A DNA stretch of 64,000 nucleotides from a virus. Positions 39,469-48,076 of the stretch are shown piece after piece (positions within the stretch are counted from its first letter, which is position 1; each line of letters begins with the position of its first letter). The stretch spans positions 32,001-96,000 of the IMG/VR virus record IMGVR_UViG_3300033562_000245; one strand, written 5' to 3'. The position numbers were made by a program, and so were the translations under genes. Below the pieces are notes generated by a model. That model worked only from the letters and a program-made list of their open reading frames with translations. It had not been told where the DNA came from and ran no database searches.

Positions 39469-40878
39469 ATGTTTGATAAACGAGATTTTTTTATACAATC
39501 AAGATCTAAATTTACGGATAAGTCTTTTTATATTACTTTATTTTCCGTCGTTCTAAATTTACCTGAATTTGAAGTTAAGGAATCAACTATAGTTAACGAT
39601 AGTGTTATGACTGAGGTGAATTCACATCTCGATGAGTTCGATATAGTAAAAATAAAAACCGAGAAGAAGTCGTACCTTGCATATGTCAATTTTTTAAGTT
39701 ACCCTAGAGATGAGGAGGGTGGGGCGCCTCACGCAGATTTGATAATTCTATCCGATACACCGAACGAGCCTCTGTTTAAATTCTCAGAAGAAATGTATAT
39801 CAAGGGTAACGATATTGAGAATTATCAAGGTATCGATAAAATAAGAACATCTTACGGAAGATATTTTTCTAATTATGTATTTCTAGTTAATCCCTTCGGG
39901 AATAAAATTCCGTACATCAATGGCATTTTTAAAGCAGCAGACATCGAAAAGGTTATTGTTGCTAAACTACTCGATGGAACTTTAGCCAAAGGACCTGAGG
40001 TCAGAGATGTTATTAGAAAATATACTTCAGCTATGTATCTGTTTGGTCACTTCTCTGAGATATGTGTGCCAACAAGTACTCTCAAAAGCATCGTAGTAGC
40101 TGATAACATAAAGAAAGAAAGGGAACGGTTGATTAATGTACATAAGCACGAATTAACCGATCCCGTTGTTGCTGCTAGTATCAATGCCCAATTGACTAAA
40201 CTAGATAAAGAGAATCTTAAAGGTGACCCTTCAGAAAGATTTCACAATGCTCTTGGTGGTTCTTCTTGGGATATTAAAAGATCTAAGATGTATAATAATA
40301 TCGGCGGTATTCCTGCTTTTACAGATGAAGTTGGTAAAATTACTTTTATTCCTAAATCTCTAGCGGAAGAATGGGACAAGAATCATTTCGACGATACTGT
40401 AAATGAAATCTTTAAGGGATCATATAGTCGAGGGACGGAAACTGCGCTAGCCGGAGAACAAACTAAAATAGTAATGAGAATGTTCCAAGGCTCTGCCATC
40501 ATAGAAGATGATTGTGGCTCTAAAGATGGTTTAACTTTTCTTATTACTACCGACAATGCTAATTCATTCGAAGGTATGTACGAAGCAGGTACCGATAAAA
40601 TAATAGATACTAAAAATATTAAAGCCTACATAGGTAAGTATCTAAAAGTAAGGTCTCCGATGTACTGTAAAACAGGATTCGGTAAGGGTGGCGGCGGTTT
40701 TTGTTTGAAATGTTTCGGTGAATTTTACAAACAAAGAGAAGTTAAAGCTCTGGGTCTTGATGGTGTTGTTTGGACATCTACATTTATGTTATTGAAGATG
40801 AAAAACATGCACGGTGTTAAATTGACGAGTATGAATGTTATTGATAGTTTTTCGGACTATTTTGTTTCTAATTGGTAA
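39469..40878 (+). CDS. rpoC: Virion RNA polymerase beta' C-terminal subunit (phiKZ gp80-like)
   Basis: GSYSRGTETALAGE bridge-helix-like segment; EDDCGS...VRSPMYC...FCLKCFG zinc site of beta'; length near gp80. Confidence 0.85.
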   Translation: MFDKRDFFIQSRSKFTDKSFYITLFSVVLNLPEFEVKESTIVNDSVMTEVNSHLDEFDIVKIKTEKKSYLAYVNFLSYPRDEEGGAPHADLIILSDTPNEPLFKFSEEMYIKGNDIENYQGIDKIRTSYGRYFSNYVFLVNPFGNKIPYINGIFKAADIEKVIVAKLLDGTLAKGPEVRDVIRKYTSAMYLFGHFSEICVPTSTLKSIVVADNIKKERERLINVHKHELTDPVVAASINAQLTKLDKENLKGDPSERFHNALGGSSWDIKRSKMYNNIGGIPAFTDEVGKITFIPKSLAEEWDKNHFDDTVNEIFKGSYSRGTETALAGEQTKIVMRMFQGSAIIEDDCGSKDGLTFLITTDNANSFEGMYEAGTDKIIDTKNIKAYIGKYLKVRSPMYCKTGFGKGGGGFCLKCFGEFYKQREVKALGLDGVVWTSTFMLLKMKNMHGVKLTSMNVIDSFSDYFVSNW

Positions 40879-40897
40879 ATAGGGGTTTTTTGTAATT

Positions 40898-41203
40898 ATG
40901 GAGAACGTTAAGTATAGTCCCGATGCTTTAGTATTTATAGACGAAGAAAACATAGGTTGGCATGTTAGTATATATATCAAACTTATAAAACAATCGTTCG
41001 TCGGTATTAAAACAATCCGAATAGAGAAGCTAACGGACCCAGAAACAAACGATGAAAAATTAATAATAACACCGGAAATCGTAGATACAAATACTATCGA
41101 AAGTAGTTATAGTAAATACGTAGAACTCTTGGATCTAAGAATAGAAGATGACTCCATACCTGTGGAAATTTCATCTTTGATCTCTTTAGTTTGTAATACA
41201 TAA
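40898..41203 (+). CDS. Hypothetical protein
   Basis: 101-aa ORF. Confidence 0.5.
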   Translation: MENVKYSPDALVFIDEENIGWHVSIYIKLIKQSFVGIKTIRIEKLTDPETNDEKLIITPEIVDTNTIESSYSKYVELLDLRIEDDSIPVEISSLISLVCNT

Positions 41204-41234
41204 CAAAATAAATAAAATAAGGATAAATACTACC

Positions 41235-41915
41235 ATGGGCAACAAAGATTACAAGAAAAAAATGACCAGTGCCGAATCTACCGTTGGAACGGAGACTGTG
41301 ACAGAAACAATGGAAGTAGAGACTGTTGAAGTAGAGCCTGTCGTTGAAACAAAAGAGGCAATCGAACCGGTAGTCGAGGAAGTACCAGAAGAAATCAAAG
41401 TTCCGGTTAAAGCTACAAAGGTAGAAGTAGAACTTAATGGTTTTGCAAAAATTGTTAAACCAAAGTCACCCGCAGAAAACACTCTATGTACTTTGATTGA
41501 TATGTACATCGAACTTGTTGACAAAGAATCAGGCAAAGAGTCGGATAGGAAAGCTAAAGTACTTGCTATGAAAGATGTTCTTCTTTATCCCAGCAATGCT
41601 AATGTAACAAATAGTCTACCTCTTTACGATATGCTTCTTACCTTCATCGCCGAATATAGGAAAACCTTAGTTGTTGAACACAAAGCTCTTCAGAATCTTC
41701 AGTACATCAACAACAAACAAGAACTAATTCGCTTTACTACTATCTATACAGCTCTAACAAGTGTTGTAGATTGTAACGTAGGTAAAAAGAAATTTCCTCT
41801 GGACATATCCAAAATCAAAAGAGATCTTGGTGACGGCATTAGTAAAACCAAGTTCGAGTCTCTTATTGCGTGGTTGACGATCAAAGAAGAAAAACTAAAT
41901 AAACAATACGCATAG
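41235..41915 (+). CDS. Hypothetical protein with E/V/P-rich N-terminus
   Basis: 226-aa ORF, RBS AAGGA. Confidence 0.6.
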   Translation: MGNKDYKKKMTSAESTVGTETVTETMEVETVEVEPVVETKEAIEPVVEEVPEEIKVPVKATKVEVELNGFAKIVKPKSPAENTLCTLIDMYIELVDKESGKESDRKAKVLAMKDVLLYPSNANVTNSLPLYDMLLTFIAEYRKTLVVEHKALQNLQYINNKQELIRFTTIYTALTSVVDCNVGKKKFPLDISKIKRDLGDGISKTKFESLIAWLTIKEEKLNKQYA

Positions 41916-41929
41916 AAAATACTGCCGTC

Positions 41930-41957
41930 CCACAGACCCCCTACAGGGGGTCTGTGG
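41930..41957. terminator. Bidirectional terminator-like hairpin
   Basis: ccacagaccccc/gggggtctgtgg between convergent genes. Confidence 0.7.
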
Positions 41958-41978
41958 TATGGTTGAAACCATTTATGT

Positions 41979-42440
41979 TTAATTATTTATTTTTAATTCT
42001 TCAGGTGAGATTTCTGTAAGCTCTATATTTTCCAAGAACTCGTCAGCTTCTTCTACATTGGAATCTTCTAGAGGAGCGCCTGATGCTTTAATCATCTCTA
42101 TACCACGAAGTTCCTTTAAGATACTAATAGATTGTTTTGACATCTCATCAAAGTTATCACTATTTTTCTTAGATAGATTCAATTTAGTCTGATTAACGAT
42201 ATCTCCAACATCTGACTTTAGAAGAGAATCTAGAGTGCTTACCATAGCTATCTGCGCTTCTAATAACTTCCCATTCTTACTGTCGTTAGGAGATATACAC
42301 AATTCATCCAAAGCGCCCATAAGTTTATCTATAATTTTCCTTCTTCTTGAAGCATTTTCTAAAACTTTGTCGTTAACTTTTATAAATAATGTATCTATAT
42401 CTGGTGAGTTTGTATTGTTTATAATAATAGGTTCGCTCAT
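41979..42440 (-). CDS. Hypothetical protein
   Basis: 153-aa helical ORF, RBS AAGGTG. Confidence 0.55.
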   Translation of the reverse strand: MSEPIIINNTNSPDIDTLFIKVNDKVLENASRRRKIIDKLMGALDELCISPNDSKNGKLLEAQIAMVSTLDSLLKSDVGDIVNQTKLNLSKKNSDNFDEMSKQSISILKELRGIEMIKASGAPLEDSNVEEADEFLENIELTEISPEELKINN

Positions 42441-42624
42441 GAATCACCTTCTTTATAATTAATTTAAATGTAATCGTATTACAATACCTGATTGTTTTTC
42501 TATAAAATAGTCTTCGGTGTGCAGGTTATTAATATTTTAATTTTGATATATATTTTATATATACGTACCGTAACAATACTACGTATACGATGCTCACGCA
42601 TCAGCTCCCATTGGGGGTTGAGGC

Positions 42625-42645
42625 ATATATTACCTAAGTAGAACT
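42625..42645 (+). promoter_or_regulatory. Promoter-like element containing TATATTAC
   Basis: 21-bp atatattacctaagtagaact is identical to 52257-52277. Confidence 0.6.
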
Positions 42646-42773
42646 AACTGTCAATTGTCTATCGTAAGTAACAATTTTAAATTCCCCGAGGAGTGCTGTT
42701 AAAGTTCACCGTGGCAAAGTGAACACAAATCATTCGAAAGCAAAAAGCTTTCGGTATAAATCTAGGAGGTTTT

Positions 42774-43466
42774 ATGTTAAATACTATTAATTCAAAAGAG
42801 AAAAACAATAAGACGTTTAGAATTTTTCTCATGTTAACCGCATTAAGTTATATAGTTGTTGGGTGCGCGTCATTCAAAAGTTTAGAGAACTATAACAACA
42901 ATGCTCTATTACAAAAGCCACTAGCACAGTTAGTGGAAAATCCTGATTATAAAGAATCTCAACCAGCTGTAATCTCACCTGCGATACCTGATCGCATATA
43001 TCGAAGCTCCGATAGTTCCTTTGTTATCGACGAATCATGTAAAATTATTAAGAAGTTCGAGAAGTTTGCACCGAAATCCTACAGGTGTCCTGGAGGGGCA
43101 CTAACTGTCGGGTATGGCTTTGACATCAAACGTGTTAAACAAAGAAAGATGTCCAAGAGTGAAGCCGATCGGCATTTGAAAAGATTGGTAAGAGATACTA
43201 AATCTTTTATTGAATCTCAATTAAAATACAGTAAATTAACAAACAATCAGATGATAGCTCTGGTATCATTTGTGTATAATGTAGGGGAACCTAATTTTGT
43301 AAAAAGTGATATGTTGCGATTAATAAATAAAAATAAGATTAGCAAAGCTGCTAAAGAATTTAATCGTTGGGTATATGCAGGATCAAAATATAAAAAGAAA
43401 TTAAACGGTCTAGTTAATAGGCGACAAATTGAAAAATCGCTATTCACTAGTTATAAGTATACATAA
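42774..43466 (+). CDS. GH24 lysozyme with lipoprotein signal peptide
   Basis: E-x8-C-x5-T triad (FEKFAPKSYRCPGGALTVGYG), ALVSFVYNVG, FNRWVYAG, GLVNRRQIE; lipobox VVGC. Confidence 0.9.
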   Translation: MLNTINSKEKNNKTFRIFLMLTALSYIVVGCASFKSLENYNNNALLQKPLAQLVENPDYKESQPAVISPAIPDRIYRSSDSSFVIDESCKIIKKFEKFAPKSYRCPGGALTVGYGFDIKRVKQRKMSKSEADRHLKRLVRDTKSFIESQLKYSKLTNNQMIALVSFVYNVGEPNFVKSDMLRLINKNKISKAAKEFNRWVYAGSKYKKKLNGLVNRRQIEKSLFTSYKYT

Positions 43467-43478
43467 CAAATTAATACA

Positions 43479-43509
43479 GGTATCGGGTCCCAAAAAGGGA
43501 TCCGGTGCC
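43479..43509 (+). terminator. RNA hairpin between the two lysozymes
   Basis: 13-bp stem with three G-U pairs that form only on the + strand. Confidence 0.55.
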
Positions 43510-43531
43510 GAATTCTCATTGGGGTGTTTAA

Positions 43532-44119
43532 ATGTCATATAAAAAATATTACATTGTTGAAGAGTATGATGTATTTGATGGTAATTATATTTTAGGTATG
43601 GCTTATTTTCTCATACAGTGTTTTGAAGGATTTAAATCGACTTTATCTATAAATCCGGCGGATGGTGGTTATGATATTGGGTACGGATTTACTTGGATAA
43701 ACCACGGAAAGCACTTACAAAATATCTATGTCTTCGATGGGAAAATATCAATAGAAAGTGCCAATAACTATTTATATAAACTTGTAGCAGCCGAGTATAA
43801 CCATCTACAAAAATTAATGTCAATCCATAAATTTTCTTTGTCGGCAGGTGAACAGATAGCATGTATTTCATTAATTTATGCGGTAGGTGAGAACGGGTTT
43901 GAAAAAGGCAGCGGAAGTTGTTTCATCTCTAAAAATAAAGCAGCCCTTAGTGATTCCTTTGTGCGAGTTAGAAGGTATCAAACAGCTAAAGGTATCGTAC
44001 AAAAAGGTATGGTAAGAAGGAGAGGTTTAGAGAAACAAATATTCGATGCTCCTGATAATATTTTAGATTCTGTAGTTAGAAGGATAATTATAGCAAACAC
44101 ACCAAAAAGACGAAAGTAG
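43532..44119 (+). CDS. Divergent GH24 lysozyme-like protein
   Basis: FEGF...YDIGYG, ACISLIYAVG, GMVRRRGLE; triad altered (T->D, D/C->N). Confidence 0.75.
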   Translation: MSYKKYYIVEEYDVFDGNYILGMAYFLIQCFEGFKSTLSINPADGGYDIGYGFTWINHGKHLQNIYVFDGKISIESANNYLYKLVAAEYNHLQKLMSIHKFSLSAGEQIACISLIYAVGENGFEKGSGSCFISKNKAALSDSFVRVRRYQTAKGIVQKGMVRRRGLEKQIFDAPDNILDSVVRRIIIANTPKRRK

Positions 44120-44186
44120 AAATTTAATTTTTATTAACATTATATGTAATTCAACTAAATCATAACCTGTACGTCAAGGAGAAAGC

Positions 44187-46622
44187 ATGTCAAAAACCAG
44201 GCAATATGATGATAGTAGTATAGTCACCCTACAGGGTCTCGAAAAGATAACCCAGATGCCTTATGTTTATGTTGGAGATCTTGGAAGTCACACTTCATTA
44301 TTAAAAGCTATAGGGGAAATAGTTGATAATAGTTTAGATGAAGCAGACCACGGGGATGAGAACTTTATCATCGATATTATTTTTTGGACAAAGGATGGCA
44401 AGTATCAAGTAGCCGTGATAGATACAGGGGCGGGTATCCCCGCTCCGAGACTCCACGACTCTTTTACAGAGATAGCAACGTCAGGCAAATATGTTAGGAA
44501 GGGACAAGATAACCAAGCGTATAGACGATCAGCAGGTACTTATGGTATCGGAGCTAAAGCTACAGCAGGACTGTCAAATATCTTTTGTGCTATTACTCAT
44601 AATTCAGATAAGAAAGGATTGCTTGTAATAGAACACGCAAGAGTGACGAAATCTGAAGTTAAAGATTCTAAAACTCCAGATACAGGTTTGATTGTTTTTC
44701 ACGAACCCTCTGAAACTTATTTCCAGACGATACCTGAGTTTATGTCCGGTGACGGGTTTAAAGCCTTCCTAGAATACGTTGAAGACTTATCGGTTTTTGA
44801 AGAGAAGGCTAACATACGTGTTCGGGTTGTTGAGAATGAGCTGCTAGATCCTGATACAATTAAAGAATCAAAAATAGATGTATTATGGAAATTCTTTAAA
44901 GAATATACAGGAGGAGAAGTTGTCTTTCAAACAAATAAAGCTACAACAATCGTAGAGTATATGAGAAAGAAACTCAATATGCCTAATGAATTGTTTAGTA
45001 TGTATGTTGAAGAAGACAAAAGTATACCAGAAAGAGATAAGAAGCTTTGGTTCAAAATAACAGCCGTGCTGGCAGAAGACTACGATACAAGTTATCAGAC
45101 TAAATTCCTATCTTCTGTTAATAATGTTGCCATCAAAACAGCCGATAGCCATCAGGTACTGTCCCTGATGAATGTTATCAAAGAGAAGTTAGTTGTATAC
45201 GAAGAAAACCCTAAAATTCAGAGATTTATAAAGGAAGGATATAAACTTCCTATGTATTTCTGTATCAATGTTTATTTTAAAGGGGCGGTATACTTGGATC
45301 TAGTTAAGACTCGATTTAGGGATCAAGAATTTGCTTCTCAGTACTATTCCGCTCTCAGTAAAATTCTCAAAGGGCATGACCACTCGAACCGGTTAGCGGA
45401 GCTATACGTCCTTCTAAAGAATAATATCGTGATGCAGTATGAAAGATTTCTTACTTCTTCTTTAACCACCAATGCTGGGGGTATCAAGAATCTAGGAGCG
45501 AAATTAAAGAACTTTGATAAGTTTGCTCCTTGTAGAAGTAAAGATCCGAACATTGCCGAATTATTTATAACAGAGGGCGACTCTGCATTCGGTAACCTAA
45601 AGAATATAAGGAATAGCGAGTATCAGGCAGTTGTTGCATCCAAAGGTAAACCTATAAATAGTTTTAAACATGAAGCAGAGGATACTTTTAGCAACGATGT
45701 ATTCCATGATTTATCTTTAATCCTTGGTATTAAACCCGGGGATCCGATCGAAAAGATAAATTTTAAGAATATTAACATTGTTGCGGATCCCGATGCGCAT
45801 GGCGGGCATATAGAAACATTAATTATAGGAAATCTATATGCTCTCAATCCTCTTATTATAGATAACGGCTGGGTGAATATTATTACATCACCTGAGTATC
45901 ACGTTAGTTATAAAAAGAAAGAACTATTTATTAAGGATGCTGTTGCTTTATTTGAATTTAAGGTTAAAGCTTTTTGGCAATTCTATTTTAGATTGTTCAT
46001 TCAAAGTACAAAGACAAAAGCTATCACGGAAGTTGTTGATGATGAAGAATTTAAAATTACTTGTTCTGTTATAGACTATCTTGGTTCTACTATAGAAGAA
46101 GTTGCTAAAGATCTTGTGCTTGAAGCTAGTTTACTTGAAATGTTTATTAATGTACATGCGCATATTAAACCTAATCAAATAAACACAGAAAAGATAAAAG
46201 AGATTCTAAAATATGATAGGGTTGTCTACACAAAAGATACGAACAGTCTTATTCTTATTCGTGAAGAAATGGAGATACCGGTTATCTTAGACGGGCTCTA
46301 TGAAAACATAGAAACTAAAATCTTACCTGTGTTTAACGATTATAGTAAAAAATATTGGAATATATTAGTATCCTTGAAAAGTAATCCCGCGGTAACTAAA
46401 GTCCCTATAACTATTGTAGATATGTGTAACTTAATGAGAGATACATCTAAAGATATAGATGTGTTTAAATTTAAAGGTGTTGGTACTATGAGTGCTAAGA
46501 ATTTAGAACCTACGGTAATTGATCCTTTAACTAGATCTTACATTAAGATTAAGTCTATAGGGAGTGTACAAGAAATTGAAGACATGCTCGGAAGAGATGC
46601 GTCTAAACGTAAACATCTATAA
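44187..46622 (+). CDS. gyrB: Type IIA topoisomerase (gyrase-like) subunit B
   Basis: GHKL motifs EIVDNSLDE, DTGAGIP, AGTYGIGAKAT; TOPRIM FITEGDSA, KGKPIN, DPDAHGGHI, KFKGVGTM. Confidence 0.9.
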   Translation: MSKTRQYDDSSIVTLQGLEKITQMPYVYVGDLGSHTSLLKAIGEIVDNSLDEADHGDENFIIDIIFWTKDGKYQVAVIDTGAGIPAPRLHDSFTEIATSGKYVRKGQDNQAYRRSAGTYGIGAKATAGLSNIFCAITHNSDKKGLLVIEHARVTKSEVKDSKTPDTGLIVFHEPSETYFQTIPEFMSGDGFKAFLEYVEDLSVFEEKANIRVRVVENELLDPDTIKESKIDVLWKFFKEYTGGEVVFQTNKATTIVEYMRKKLNMPNELFSMYVEEDKSIPERDKKLWFKITAVLAEDYDTSYQTKFLSSVNNVAIKTADSHQVLSLMNVIKEKLVVYEENPKIQRFIKEGYKLPMYFCINVYFKGAVYLDLVKTRFRDQEFASQYYSALSKILKGHDHSNRLAELYVLLKNNIVMQYERFLTSSLTTNAGGIKNLGAKLKNFDKFAPCRSKDPNIAELFITEGDSAFGNLKNIRNSEYQAVVASKGKPINSFKHEAEDTFSNDVFHDLSLILGIKPGDPIEKINFKNINIVADPDAHGGHIETLIIGNLYALNPLIIDNGWVNIITSPEYHVSYKKKELFIKDAVALFEFKVKAFWQFYFRLFIQSTKTKAITEVVDDEEFKITCSVIDYLGSTIEEVAKDLVLEASLLEMFINVHAHIKPNQINTEKIKEILKYDRVVYTKDTNSLILIREEMEIPVILDGLYENIETKILPVFNDYSKKYWNILVSLKSNPAVTKVPITIVDMCNLMRDTSKDIDVFKFKGVGTMSAKNLEPTVIDPLTRSYIKIKSIGSVQEIEDMLGRDASKRKHL

Positions 46623-46633
46623 AAGGAATTGAT

Positions 46634-47500
46634 ATGGTACATATAGACAGCAACGGTATTATGAGAAACGACTGCCTTAAGGATATAGGGTATGGTTTGG
46701 ATACTTCTGAATCGAACATTAAACTTATTAATGCATTAACTGAGATGGCTTCTGCTTCTAAATTACGTAATTTCGAATTTAATGCTCGCGAAAGAATAGA
46801 TAATTATTGTAAACCGGGGTGGGAGAACCATGTAGCATCGTGTTGTGATGATTCAAGTACGTTTCTTGTAGCTTCTACATTTATTATGGGATCGATAGTT
46901 GGTTCTAAGACAATCAACATTGAGGATATAACGTTTAAGTTTGTCCTCGTCGGTCTATTGGACAATCTCATAAATACAGAAACAAGAGCCCAAAAAAATT
47001 TTAGATACCTCGAACTTCTTTGTGAGTATAAGGACAATTACATATCGATAATCGAAGAATCTAGCGATATCGATATGGAATTCCTTACCGACACAATGAA
47101 ACACTTATCTAAAATAATGTATGAGACAGGATTGTATTGGGATTTCTTGATTCTGTACGTTGGTTTGTTTAACAGCATTCTATTGAGAGGTATATACGCG
47201 CAACGGTTTATTGGTGATATATACGATTCAATCAAGGAAGGCGTATATATTACATCTAAGAATGTTATTATTGAAGATGTTATTTGTATTGACAAATCGA
47301 ATTTAAAAATTAGATGCTATCAACTTTTAAATCAAAACCTAAATCTCCTTTCCGATGGAAACGGAAAAGATTTAGAGAAACATGGGTATGATTTATTGGT
47401 AAGCACGCCAATGATATTTACAGCCGCAATAATCATGGCCTTTCTAAAATCAGAGACTCAGTATGAGCCAATTAGTACGTATCTTTACGATTTAGTTTGA
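46634..47500 (+). CDS. Hypothetical protein
   Basis: 288-aa ORF, RBS AAGGA. Confidence 0.6.
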   Translation: MVHIDSNGIMRNDCLKDIGYGLDTSESNIKLINALTEMASASKLRNFEFNARERIDNYCKPGWENHVASCCDDSSTFLVASTFIMGSIVGSKTINIEDITFKFVLVGLLDNLINTETRAQKNFRYLELLCEYKDNYISIIEESSDIDMEFLTDTMKHLSKIMYETGLYWDFLILYVGLFNSILLRGIYAQRFIGDIYDSIKEGVYITSKNVIIEDVICIDKSNLKIRCYQLLNQNLNLLSDGNGKDLEKHGYDLLVSTPMIFTAAIIMAFLKSETQYEPISTYLYDLV

Positions 47501-47545
47501 TGTTTTTAACGGAGATAAAAACAATTTAACAAAGGAACCTGACTT

Positions 47546-48076
47546 ATGGCAAAAATATTGTCTGAGGAAGACATTACAAAGATGCAGGAACAATTCGGAA
47601 CGGAGGGAGACTATTATGCACAAATAATGTTGGCCTCTGATATTGGTGCTCCTGTATATACAAAAGGAGATATTTCTAAAGTTAGAGGTATCCTCGATAA
47701 ACTTCTTAGATACTTCTTTATAAAAAAGAAAATATCTGTTAACAAGTTTAAAATGGCAGTGTTTAGTTATTGTCAGTATCTAGGCATCGGACACCCTGCT
47801 TATGTTGGGTCTTCAGAGAATACCGAATACACTAATATAAAAAGGACTATAACTTCTGATAATTCCAAATATGGTTTAACCTTTTCTACTTTCAGAAAAG
47901 TAACTAATAACATACTTGGATATCAAATAGAAGATATGACCGTTAAATTAAGAAATGTCGGGACAGGAGAATCCGTGACTGTTTCTTTATCAGAAATTAA
48001 CGAGTATCTTAAATCAAACGATTACAATTTTCCTGATATCAAACTGAAAGAAGAGAATAATAATGAGCCTACTTAA
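47546..48076 (+). CDS. Hypothetical protein
   Basis: 176-aa ORF overlapping the A-subunit start by 14 nt. Confidence 0.6.
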   Translation: MAKILSEEDITKMQEQFGTEGDYYAQIMLASDIGAPVYTKGDISKVRGILDKLLRYFFIKKKISVNKFKMAVFSYCQYLGIGHPAYVGSSENTEYTNIKRTITSDNSKYGLTFSTFRKVTNNILGYQIEDMTVKLRNVGTGESVTVSLSEINEYLKSNDYNFPDIKLKEENNNEPT

